Shown: positions 1-13,300 of the stretch, piece by piece
Layout of the letters: each line of letters opens with the position of its first letter
Position numbering within the stretch: position 1 is the stretch's first letter
Program-made: the position numbers and the translations under genes
DNA from: Tubiluchus corallicola
Lineage: Eukaryota; Animalia; Priapulida
Direction of reading: 5' to 3'
Length of the DNA stretch: 64,000 nt
Assembly: GCA_030141605.1 (NCBI GenBank)
Contig: JAQGDQ010000612.1
Coordinates: forward strand, 62,001 to 126,000
Notes under the pieces: model-generated
Database searches by the model: none
Told to the model about the DNA's origin: nothing
Seen by the model: only the letters and a program-made list of their open reading frames with translations

Positions 1-307
1 CCTGCAGCAAAAAATGATGAAAAATTTACACGGGGTGAAAATATGAAGCCTTACAATAGATTAAACTTCATTTAATAAATTTACTGTTATCTTAACAGAG
101 AGCCTGCTGCTTTTAGCGTAACCTAGACAAAGTTTCAATAGCATGCAAGTCATATTTCAGTATTTTAACTTACTTATTTTTCAAAGCAATGGTCAAAATG
201 AAGAGATTTCAGAATTTTCAAAAATCTGACCGAACTACGGATCTATGCCCGAATTTCGGGACACTCCGGGCCGGATCCCGAATGGTAGCAATCCTATTTG
301 TTAGCAT

Positions 308-351
308 TAACGATATTTCGGGAAACTCCCTCTGCTCCCTTCATCAGGTTA
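308..351 (-). ncRNA. Minimal type-I hammerhead ribozyme (Penelope-like element type)
   Basis: The minus strand reads taac-CTGATGA-a-gggag(cagagggagt)ttccc-GAA-ATAT-C-gtta. This gives an intact CUGAUGA/GAAA core, a 5-bp stem II, a palindromic ATAT stem III, an AUC cleavage triplet and a 4-bp stem I (taac/gtta). Confidence 0.7.
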
Positions 352-1068
352 CATATTTAAAATTACTCACATACAATTCCAGCATGTAATTTAATTTAAA
401 CACAGTAAACGATTTTCCATTTACTCTGAATTAAAAAGTTACGTTCTGGAATTTTACGTGATTAATTTTCTGTAACTTGTTGTAAGAGCAGTGATTTCCC
501 AAAATATCATTAATACTAATAAACCTTTTTGTGGTTAACTATTTCTTTATTATTATTCCTAATTTTGTTTACAAGAAAAAATACATTTGGAATTTTATCT
601 ATGTACTAAATTACTAATGTCAGCTTAAACTAAATCGTTTATATGTCTTTTAACCGTTTCTGCATTTGTCTTGTCAAGCCAAATATTATCTTTTTATCAT
701 CTAGGCAATAATTTTGGCAGCAGGAGAGGTAAACATTATTTTTGTTATCGTTTTACTTTCTATCTTAAATTACAAGTGCTTATGAAATGAAAGAATGAAT
801 TGCATTTAACACTAGAACGACTCGTCTAATAATTGTTAGTCCCTAAACTTTTCAGTACCACTGGGAGGAAATTTAGTCAACCCGGACGTGTGGCTGATTG
901 CCTGCTCTTTTCAATTATTAACCAGACTGAGCATTGCTTAATTTAAATGGAAGCCCAATTTAGAACTAATTTTTTATTATATTATCTGTTTGTGTTACTT
1001 ACATACCTCCTGTTACATAGGTACTGTTAATTACATCAGCCGGTTTGTGCTGAACTGACACCGCAACC

Positions 1069-4000
1069 ATGCCGAAAGCTTTAGCGAAGCGAGCGACAAA
1101 GACGGTCATTTATCCACCGGGATGTAAGGAAGTCGATGAGAATATGAGCACGGATGAGCTGATTCGCCGTCTCAAAGTAAGTATATGGCTGAGAACTGCA
1201 AAAGTACCAGTCCTGTAGCAGCCGGTAAATGATTTTGATTGGTAAATGACTCCACTCGATTGGTCTTAAGAAATCAGGTAGCAGTTTAACTGCAGTGAAT
1301 TACTCTTATGTTATTCCTTATTCTGAATTGTTATTCAAAGCGAGGTGAGTAGTCAAGTGGTCACTGTGTGTATCTTACGATCAAAGCTAAGCAGCAGCTA
1401 ACCTAATCAGTAAATGATTCACGATCACCTTGTGTTCAATTCGAATCTAAAATCGTGGATTCGAATAATTCGGCGTTTCAGCTACAAATTTTTTATCATT
1501 AAAAATGTTTGAAGCAGCTTGCAATTAACACAGTTTAGCTGCAATTTGCATACGCAATTGAGCAGATTATCAGTTTTTCTACTGCAGAACAGAGTCAAGT
1601 AATGTGCATGGTCTCTACAAGACCGCTTTTTATTCGAAAATCTTAAAAACTGAATTCGATTTGGATTCGAAATTTTAAATTCGAGTTACAAAACGGAAGC
1701 AGTAAACTCAAATGCTGTATTGATTTTGATAGAGCTGCGCAAGGGCATTCCAAGATATGGAGCAGACAGATAATTCCGAATACACAGAACTAGCTGTCCT
1801 CCTGGCAAGCGAGGGATTCTTAGAACACGAGAATAAAGATGTACGTTTGTTAGCGGCTTGCTGTATTGCGGATGTGTTCCGCGTCTTTGCACCAGAAGCG
1901 CCCTATAAAGATCCATCACAGTTAAAGGTTTGTGTTTTTGTGACTTTTACTTTCTGTGCTTTTGCTCTAATTCTTGAAGCAAGATTGTTGAAATATATTG
2001 ATTTTTATTTTTAATATAAACTTCTTTTTTTAGCAAATCTTTCTTTTCCTTGTGGAGCAACTGCGGGGATTGGAGGATCCTAAAGATCCGGCTTTCAAAC
2101 GCTATTTCTACCTGCTGGAAAACTTGGCCTGGGTGAAATCGTTCAACATCTGTATAGAGTTGGAGGATAATCAAGAAATATTCATTAAGTTGTTCAAGTT
2201 AATGTTTAGTATTGTGAAGTAAGTGAAACTTGTTTTCAAATCACTCCAACTGTTCATATTTGCCGAACTCTTGTTCTTGCGAATCTACAACTTATGAATG
2301 TTACCATTAATTTTTGAGTTGTCTGTTATAATTACAGTGTAGCCATTTTAATACATTAGCACTGAGGCACAGTTTTTGTATTTTCTGTGGCAATGAATGT
2401 TGCATCATATTCTATATTTAAGCATTGTTTTGTGGATTTTTCATGTCTGGATTTGTCCATTTCAGTGAGCTGCATTCCGTGAAGGTGAAGAATTTTATGC
2501 TGGACATGATGACGCCGGTCATTGCTGAAGCCGATTCCGTATCTCAGGAGCTACTGGACAGTGTTCTCATTAACATATGTGAACCCAGAAAGGTGTGTTC
2601 CTGCGTCTTCTATCAATGTATATAATAAGAAAATGTTGTAGCAAATAAATAAATTTTGTTTAGGCGTTTGTTTGCTAATGTGTTTAGCAATTTAATTAAT
2701 AGGTACTCGGTATAGTAAACTGATTTATTAATCCTCAGACTCCTAAGTAAAATATAGTGAGAAAACAGACAGTATAATATTTGCGAAACACCCATGTCAT
2801 TCTGTTAAACTTTGAAGCAAAACAGCTGAATTTTGCTAGAATTTTATTAGTAATGCGATTATCTTGTTAATCTTTTCGTAGACGCATCATAAATACGCTT
2901 TTGAGCTGGCGAGGGATTTATTGAAGCGAACAGTAGCAGCACTGGATCAGTACATACAAAATGTAAGTACCGCCAGCATCGTAGTTCATATGTTCTTAAT
3001 AGTAACGTTTTGAAAATTTAACCAGAATTTATTTGACTGACAAAGAAGTAGTGCGTATCTGTTATGGAGTTCATTTGAGCAGCTGTGTGAAGCCTAAATG
3101 CATGGCCTTCTTAATCTGTTGTGGTTAGACTGGAACCTTGTTTATTATGAAAAATAATCCTTTAAAGTGAGACAGTGAACCAGCAGATGTGTGTCAGCGA
3201 CGCTGAGATGTTAATGTTATTCCTATGCGAGGGGAACACCCACGATCAGTACGACAAGTGAAACCGCCCACAGCAGATATTGAGCCCGGGGAGTCAGTCA
3301 TCCATTCACTGATCAATCTCGCCAATGTTTGGTTGATAAGCACACGCTGTGACTACTTGTTTATTCCCCTCACCATTGTGCCTTAAACTTAAGCAGCTTT
3401 TCTGTGATCAAAATTCACTGAAGTGGACGAATTTTTTTATATGAAACAAACTTTAACTTTATGGCTCGAGGAATCGTTACTTATCATTTTTTTCTTGTGC
3501 AGTTCTTTAACAGTGTTCTGATACTTGGTAAGAAGGACAAGACTGATCTGTCTGGGCACATCTATGACTTAATCTACGAACTCAACCAAATCATTCCGCA
3601 GATTATGCTTACCATTCTACCACAGTTGGAGTATAAACTCAAAGTAAGTGTTTATAGCATCTCTATGTGCGCAAAATTGAATGAGTATCTTTGTAACACA
3701 ATGGCAGATTGTTCTCTCGCATACACCGGTTTATAGTGTCTTGTTTAAAATAAATTTCATGAAAACTTTATCTTACTAGACACGTGAAATGCCATTGGTT
3801 TTGCCTTGTTATAAACTTTTATGCCGATTTGTCTTTCGACACATTTCCTGAGAACTTATTTAGTGGAAAATGTATTGTTAGGAAACATGACCAAACTTGT
3901 GCATCTGTTCAAGAGTAGACAAACAGTCTTACTGGGTATAAGTTGACTTTATAGAAAATGAGGTGAGAGGCACATTTTAAATTGTTCTTAGTGAATCATT

Positions 4001-7000
4001 TGCTTGATTTTAACCTAAAGTTTGTTATAATGTTTGACATTGTTATCACTGCTACGTTGCAAGGACAAATTTCATCTATAAGTGGACAGTGGTCTATCTG
4101 ACAGCGATCTCTTTACCTTGTCATTTGAAAGAGGAAGTTCTTGTTTTTTTTGCTTTTGAACTGCTTGATGTGCATTTGTTTGAATGTATCATACCACCAG
4201 CACTAAAAATTATTGATTTCATTTAGAGCAATGAAGATAAAGAAAGACTGGACGCTACAAAATTACTTGCACGAATGTTTTCTGACCGTGATTCTGACCT
4301 GGCAGTGACCCATCCTCAGCTTTGGTCTTGCTTCATTGGCAGGTAATAATGAACAGGTGTTCTTATTCACAAACTTTTTACTTGTTATTATCGTGTCACA
4401 GGGAGAGTTCAGCGTGCGGGGCATTGACAACAGCTTTTCTCATTTTTCGGTACTGCTTTTCAATTTTTATTTATTTTTTATTTAAAATTTATTTCATACA
4501 TTGAAAATGTACATAGTATTATAAAAAAAATTAACCGTAGCTATACAAGTTGTAAAAAAATTACAACAGGGCCTAGATAAAATATTTACATACATACATA
4601 CATGCACAGACACACACACAAACACACACACACACATGCACAAACACAGTAACTTACTGAATGTTTATCTTATGCTGAACATTAAAATTTGCAGCCTTAT
4701 TTTGCACTGTTTTTTTTAAACTGCAGAATTTCCATTTCCTGTTGGACTTTCTTGTGCATTTCAAACTTGTTTGTGCTCGATTTTGTGCAATTTTAAATTA
4801 CTTAGAGGCTAATTGATTCTGCTGATATTCTACACCCAAGTTCAAAGATGGCTTCACAAGAGTAATGCATTGTACTCAGGAGCATTGCTACTTTTTGTTA
4901 GTGACAAACTGTATGTTTCTTCGCCACATAAATTGATGTTATTGCTAAATATTAAACTACTGAACTTACTGCCTGTGATGGTAAGTTTATTGTTAAGGTG
5001 AGCAATTGTTTTTTTCTCTAATTTTGCAGCTCATTAAATATGTTAATATTTCCTTCTAGGTTCAACGATATTAACGTCACGGTTCGAACCCGATGTGTAC
5101 AATATGCCATGCACTTTCTTGTCAACCAGCCTAAACTAGCAAAAGACGTGTGCGGTGAGTAGTTTTTGGAGAAAATCAATAATTTACCTGCTCAAAGTTT
5201 GTACAATATTTATACTTTATTAAAAAAGGATAAGAGTATGCAACAGTCTACTGTACCCAAGTGACGGTTACGGACTGTACGATTTGTTGAGAGTGTTTTC
5301 TTCGCAAAGTCTGCTGTACCCAAGTGACAGTTACGGACTGTACGATTTGTTGAGAGTGGTTTCTTCGCAAAGTCTACTGTACTCAAGTGACGGTTTACGG
5401 ACTGTACGATTTGTTGAGAGTGGTTTCTTGGCAAAGTCTACTGTACTCAAGTGACGGTTTACGGACTGTACGATTTGTTGAGAGTGTTTTTTTCGCAAAG
5501 TCTACTGTACTCAAGTGACGGTTTATGGACTGTATTTCATTTCTAGTTGTTTTTTTTCAACAGACCAGTTAAAGATGCGCTGCCATGATCCGGAGGAGAA
5601 CGTGCGTTTCGAAGTCGTCCTGGCGATAGTGGGGGCAGCAAGAAAAGAGATTACCATCGTTTTGAACAACATTGAAATCCTGGACTATGTGAAAGAGCGC
5701 ACTTTGGACAAAAAGGTAGTATATTCATATTTAGTCTTAAAAATGTCCTTGAAAATGATTATGATTCGTTTCTTGACCGCACTTGGCACGACACATCATG
5801 AATTGCTATCTTTCAGCAATAATTCGAAGTAAAGAAACTCTGGTTTTAAAGGCTATGGCAAATAGTTACGCACATTTTTCCTATTGACAAAGACTAAAAG
5901 GAGGATATTTATAGGCTTATGCAACTGTGCTCCACAAATGTCTTAAAATGTGCGTTAGGGCTCCCCGTTAAAATTAGCGATGTAGTTGTTAATGAGTGAG
6001 CTCATATTTTTATCTTTGGCAGTTTAAAATACGGAAAGAAGCGTTGCTGGGATTAGCTCAGATCTACAAGAAGATCATGTCAACACCGACGTTGGGTGCG
6101 GAGGATCAGGAGAAGTTCGCTTGGATACGAAACAAAGTTATGCACGCCTACTATCAGCAACAACTTGACGATAGGTAGGTGGCGCACTGCAATTGGGCTT
6201 GTGTATTTGCAAATTGTCGTATGATTTTAAAACCTTTTACAAAAAAAACCTGATTGAAGAGAGAAGTAAGTTTCTGTGCTGTCAATATTGTCATTTTATT
6301 GAATGATTTTGGTTATTAAAGTTGCAATTCAAAGCAAACTACGTATAAGAAGGTTTTTGCTTCTCTTCTGCATATTCATATTGTAATAAACTGTATTTGG
6401 GTTTTCTTAAATTGATGTTGTGTAAATAAAATACTTTAAATTGAATTAAAGTAGTCTAATCGAGCACTTGCACATTGACAACATTATTAAGTGTTTTATT
6501 AATTACTCGAATATTGAGCATTGTGCAATATGATTTGTGAAATAATTTAAATCAACATTATTGTCAATGTAATTGATAAAACAAAAATTTGATCAGTAAG
6601 AACAGCTCAGTATAATTGATGGTTATACTGTGCGTATGTATACCCTGTAAGAAACAATGTGTCATTATCGTGCCGATTTATGTATGTTATTCATCACTAT
6701 GTATGTAGGTGTTGCTTTATAAGCTGTAGCAAAATAAAGCATCTGGAAATTGCTATTTTAACAATTTTTACGTAATTTCATAGCTTAGGCAGTTATAATA
6801 GTATTTCATTCGTAAATTTAATTATTCTTAAAAGACACTTGTAGTTATCAGTTGGAAAACAATAGTATTTAAAGCAAAACTGTGTGCCGGCAGCTTTGTG
6901 TGGATTTTCGTCAAGCGGATAAAAGAAATTTGCATTAATTGCAATTTTCTCTTTTCGTTTGAAAGAATTGAATACATTTATTTACACTATTATTTATATT

Positions 7001-10000
7001 TACAATGCTTTGGCGATTGTGTAAAATATATGTTTTGCCGTTACGACAGGTTACTCGTGGAGAAGATTTTGCACACCTGTTTGGTACCCTACAGTTTAGA
7101 AGTGACGGAACGCATGACGCGTCTGTACCAGCTCTATGCCACGGTCGACAATCATGCGTTGAAATCTATTAACGAGCTCTTTAAATGTCAGATGGTGTAA
7201 GTGATCTTTCTACTCCGTGAAAGACCTATGAAAGAGTGTTTATAGTTCTTAGTATACCTGTGTTCTGTATACTGAAAAAGCAGGAGTCTCTGATGACCTG
7301 GCCGATTTAGAAAGTCCTTCGAATATGTGCAGTGCTCTGTTTTTTGGTGCATTTTTTTGCAATTCGAAAAATATTACCTATTAATATTGATAATTTTGCT
7401 AATGGACATCAGCTGTTTGTATCTATATAGTTTACCTCTCCAGTGTTTTATTTAGAACATAAATTCGATGCTTTTTTTTTAATAATGTAGGCCTAAACTA
7501 TAAATTCTCAACTTGGATTTGTCCGACAGTGGATCCAAGATTTCTGCTGCCGGTGTGCATACTTGCTCCACAAAATTTGAATAAATGTTCGACTGCAAGT
7601 GTTTGCTTAAGCAGACTGCCGAGTCGATAGTTTTCTTAATTTCATCTCTGTAGCCATCTTGTTTTCTTTCTTTTTTCAATCCTAGTCACTAAGTTTGACA
7701 CAGTAATGACAGCGATTAAAATCATTTTATATGTAGCAATTAAAATCAGACAGAACTAATTTGTTTTTTTTAATCTGGCGTCAACTGTCCTACTTGCTAT
7801 ATCAGCATTTGTTAATACTAAAGTATCTCCATAATGTGTAACAATCAGACTTCCCTATTTGACATACCGTTAGGTCAGCCTGCTGCGAATATATGACCAG
7901 CCACTTTGCCAATTGTAGCAAATATTGACAAAATGCCTTTAATTTGTCGGGAGTAATTTTTGTCCATGGTGTGCCTCTATTCTTGTAAAGTATGATTAGT
8001 GAATCAACTTACCATATTAATTGTTCTATGTCAATCTTCACACAGGTTTACGCATCTACAAAAACGTTTAAGGCCGTGTGCATCTTCAAAACAGTGTAGA
8101 TCAAAGAACGAACTATCGAGTATTCGTATATGAACACCTACCTTGTGTCATATTAATATCATCTACTTGGTTCTTACTAAATGCGCTGTTAGTTTGTCAT
8201 TCCTTCTCTTCGCTTGTGTTTTTACTTTAATTGCTTGATGTTTGTTTCCAGTGTACGTAGTCATGTCAGGCAGCTGGTACAACTTCACCAACAAGAGTTT
8301 GATGATGAAACGCAGCAAGCTATACAAGCAAAGCTGTATGTCATTACACGTAAGTAAATTCATTTTTACTTTTGTAATTTTCGTTTATAATTCACCTGCC
8401 AGCAAATTTAATCCTGCATTTGTCACCTGGGTTGCTTAAATGCAATGCCCTCTTTGAACTCCGACGTGATTGTATGATTTGATTTTTTGCATTTTAATGT
8501 ATATTTTCCTGAAGTTCAATTAACAGATGTGTTCAAGATTCGTACCAATGACACATACTTGTAATACAAGTTATTTTGATAAACTTAAGTTATTAATGTT
8601 ATTGCTATATTTATGTGTTAACATTTATTTGTTTATTTGAAAATGTGAGAAATTTGCTTAGGTTTAAAGCCATTATTTAATTTGAGTAATTTTACATTTG
8701 GCTAAGTTCAGTCCAGGGGCATGATCAATGTTTAAGTGTGTTAATTTATTCTCATTAATTGACCAGTCATCACATGACTCAGTCTGTTACTACCTCACCA
8801 AGCCAAGCAGAATCTATTCAAATATGTTGTTTCCCTTGTCAGACAAACAAGCATTTTTATCTACAGTCACAGTAGCAGTTTTTATGGGACCTTTGTCAAA
8901 CATAGAGAATTCTTGTTTTGTATCATGTGACTATCATATAGATGGAGCCACAAACTTTGGTTACGCAGTTAGCTTAGCCACAAAAAGATGCTACAAGCCC
9001 CGTGACTGGTGATCAGAACTTGTAAAATAATGCGATGTAAAACAAAACTCATTGTGTCGAAGTTAAACAGTGTGGAGCCTTGCTAGTGACTACATAAGTG
9101 TCTGCAGGAAAGCCACTTTTCCAGCACTTTATTTGCCGTAATGTGGCCGCTGTCTATTTAACTTGTGAGCGATAGAGGAATCTGAACGTTGCTAGGATAT
9201 TACTACTGATTCAATGTCTCGTAGATGTTTATCATTAGTAACCTAATAGGTCCTGGTACTACCACAATTATTTAAGATTAATAGTAGGCCTCGATGTTGA
9301 ATGCTGGATTGTGGCTTGCAAAAAATGCAATTTAGTAAGTAAGGTCTGGAAATACTACCTTTGAGTTCTTATAATTAGAGATCAGAGCTGCGCCATTTCA
9401 GCTGAGCCTCAGCTGGTTCATTTCTACAGTTGACCTAGCCGATAAGAAACCCAATTTTTGCAGGCTGCTAAGATTTTCGCTCTTGTGATAATGACAATGC
9501 AAATCACTCGTTGAAATATGACATGTTGAAATATTGATTCATCGATAACCAAGATAAGCCTCAACAAGAGTTCCATTTAAATTGTATTTGCAATAAATCC
9601 ATTGCTTTTTTATAATAACAAAAAATTGATCTCTAATGCATTATATGAATTTGTACATCAGCTTTTTCCTGTGTGTAGGCAACACAAATTATTTAAAAAA
9701 ACTGTCTCCATGATTTAACAGTTAACTAACAATTTATCATTTAGTTAACAAAAATTCGTAGCTTTTGCTGACTTAGCTGATTTTTTCTTTAAGCCAACTC
9801 AGCTGAAAAGTCTGTCAATCTCAACCGAGCTAGCTGATTTACTGTGTGGGTCAGATGACATAGTAGCAACTGACTCAACTTTAGCCAAGCTAACTGATTT
9901 ATTGTGTGAGTCAGCTGATGTAGTAGCAACTGACTCAGCTTCAGCCGAGCTAGCTGATTTACTGTGTGAGTCAGCTGATGTAGTAGCAAATGACTCAGCT

Positions 10001-10302
10001 TCAGCCTCTACTTATAATGCCACATACATGCTAGAATAAACATTTAGTTTTGGTCATTAAGGTTTGTACGTTCACTTGTTCTTGTAGGTCAGTTACCGGA
10101 TACGGCCAAGGCATCAGAGTACATCAACAAATTCTGCATCCTCTTGCGGGAAGACATTCGAATTCGGGCATACATGGAGAAGTTGGTTAGTCCCGACTGC
10201 ATGTGCAAGAAAGCCGAAGAATGCGTGGTAAGCTTCTGAAAGTGATCACCAGATGGCTGTCGTGTTGCTCTTCCGTTTGCATCTCATTTCTGTTATTGTC
10301 AC

Positions 10303-10374
<72 letters not shown>

Positions 10375-13300
10375 GGCTGTCTTTCAAAGGTTATATTTGC
10401 TGTTGTGATCTCATTATTAAAACACATAAATTGTTATCTACGAACTTATCTGATTCTTATGCTTCCTTTAGAGTATAATTGTTTATTTTGTTGTTGTTGT
10501 TGTTGTTGTTGTATTTTACTGTAAAAGCTTCTGGTCTATGCTTTACTGTGACTGTGAGTAGAACCTTTCTGCTTCGGATTAACAGTAAATAAAGTGATCT
10601 GTTTGTGGTAGAATACAAGGTGTCACCAATGAAAAGGATTTTCCAGATTTGTCACAAAGTTATTGAGACTGACTTCCATTTGTGTGTGATGAAATAATGT
10701 TGTAGAAATTATGGTCGCGTTTTTCTGCGTAACTTTGTCGGGCTTTTGATTCCATGCTGAGTTATTAAGTGTGATGAAAATTATTGTACAATATGATATT
10801 GTATAATATTGTACACACGCAGTACCAGAGCTGTTAAATCTTGGTCGGTCTTGTCTGGTAGCTGATTGCACTGAAGAAAAATGCTTCTACTGTGGTAACC
10901 CTGGTTTATATGAATTTGGTAAATTATCGTTCCAGTTTCAGTGGTTGTCGTAAATGTGAGATCATCTGGCAACTACTATAGTTTTGTCTTACTTAATTAT
11001 AGGAAAACCTGCTTACTGTCTGCCTAATGAATAGCGACATTTTATATGTTTTGTATGTGGACTATATACTGATGGTTGTAGGTTTGAGAGGGTTACCTTA
11101 TTGGCTCATAAAATGTTTTCAAGTTGTGGAGAATTGGTCTTTGTTTATAGTTGTTTTTTTTATTTGTGTTTTAGAGGGAAGTTTTGAAGAAACTGGGTAA
11201 TCCAACTCAGAATAATGTCTATTACATGACGATAAAGCAACTGTTAGAGCGGGTCGCCCCGGTGATGATAGACATGGAAGCCATCTTGGTTTTGCTCAAG
11301 TACGTCGACGATTCGGTGAGAGGTATGGGAGAGATTGACGACACGATTGGATGCAGGGGGTCAGAACGAGGCCTCGACTTGGTGTTGGTAAGTATTGACA
11401 AAAGTTGAGAACGTCATAATTGTTGTAATTATAAAAGGCTTCTGGGAAATTGGGCTCATTATTAGAAGAAGTGAAACCTAGCCACGGGGGGGGGGGGGGG
11501 GCAAGCCAGCCCAACTCAGTGCCGGTCCCAAGCCCTGATAAATAGGGAGGGTTAGGGTCAGGAAGGGCATCCGCCTGTAAAAACTGCGCCAAAACCTTCT
11601 ATGAATGAGTCGGTGAGACTTAAAGGGAAAGTCCACAAAGGAGTGGTCAGACCCGCTCTAATCTATGGGCTAGAAGCAGCTTCTCTAAAGAAGACCGAAG
11701 AGAAGAAAATGGGTGTGGTGGAGATGAGGATGTTTGAGATGGATGGTGGGAATAACAAGAAGAGATAAAAATAGAAATAATAATATCAGAGGAACAGTAA
11801 AAGTAGTGGAGGCCTCGCAAGATTGCGATAGTATGGGCACCTGAAAAGAAGAGTCGGTGAAGATCTTGTGGGAATTGAAGACACAAATGAAGAGATGGTC
11901 AACAACAGGAATGCTTGGAGAAGACTCATTCACAACGGCAACCCCGAATAGGGAAAAGCTGGGAAGAAGAAGAAGAATTATTAGAAGAAGTGTAAGAATT
12001 AGTGTGAGAATTTAGCAGTAAAAGTGCGATTAGTGCCTTGTATAATTAGTAAAACCACTTCAAAGTGCTGATTATTTCTCACTTTGGTAGTCCATTCTTC
12101 CACCAATGAAATCACTGAAACAAAGCAGATCACCGTCAATTTGTGTTAAATGTATTACAAATTTTTGCAAAAAGACTACATAGGTAATTTTCAAGTATTC
12201 TTGTGTGAATATTGGGTAAGTTGCAAATGTTTGGATTAGCTTAATCGGCATGCACCTACTAAAAGCCACCAGTCACATCATATTTTTAAGTGAATGGCGG
12301 CTGCCTCTGTGCCACAAAAATTCTATGCAACAATAGTATAATTTAACTTTGTACTTTATAGATACTTCTTTAGCAAATTTCTTTGTTATATTTTCCTAAA
12401 TTTACAGTAAAATAAACATGAACATAAACATGCTAAATGACTTGTCTTTTCCTTTAAGTGCATTATTTCTGTGTCTCGGCTGCAGGGGAGGCTGTGTGTG
12501 TGTGTGTGTGTGCGTGCGTGCGTGCAGGCACGCGCGAGCACGCATGCGGGGGCGTGCATACGTACGTGTGACGTGTGAGTGTGTGCCACATAGAACACGA
12601 GAAATAATTCTTAATGGCGTGAATAAAAATCATTAATAAGAGCTCCCTTAATCAATAAAATGGAAAAGACACAATGTTTCACGCCATCACTGTGAAGTGT
12701 CTTCAGGTGAAAGGAGAAAAAGAAAAAATGCGTAAAAAAATAGAAGAAAGTCTATTAGGCCCTCATCTTGTGCATTTATATTTTTTCTCTGCTCACCTGA
12801 ACACTGTGGGAACCACGATAACCGCGGTTACTCTGCTTACCTGAACACCGTGGGAACCACGATAACCGCTGTTACTCTGCCCACCTGAACACTGTGGGAA
12901 CCATGATAACCCCGGTTGCAATATACATTCCATAATTTTCATTCACTTTTCGTTATCATACAGCTTAAATTTTTGTTTGTTTGATAGTTTGTTGTTTGGC
13001 TAGCAGCAGCTCGTATTTTTTGTATGCATGTTTGCTTTAGTATATTTGAAGTTACTAATTACTTACAATCCAATACACATATATTAAACGAAAACCGGAC
13101 CCCATTTTAAACTATGGCTTAATATAATCTGCCCTATAATATGTTGCCTGGATCTCGCAAACGTGTTGCACAAAAACAGGTGCCGTACCTCTCAGTTTAG
13201 AGGTGTTCAGTTGTGATGCAGTGCACATGTTCCAGAGCTTCTGCATCAACATAGTTGTAAACTTGAAAAAAATTTCCAGCTTTTTGTGTATCACTGAATA

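Noticed and set aside
7288-7325. CTGATGA...GAAA spacing resembling a hammerhead
   Set aside because: No stem II or stem I pairing can be formed.
10187-10478. Poly-Asn and poly-Leu ORFs
   Set aside because: They are translations of the (TTA)n microsatellite.
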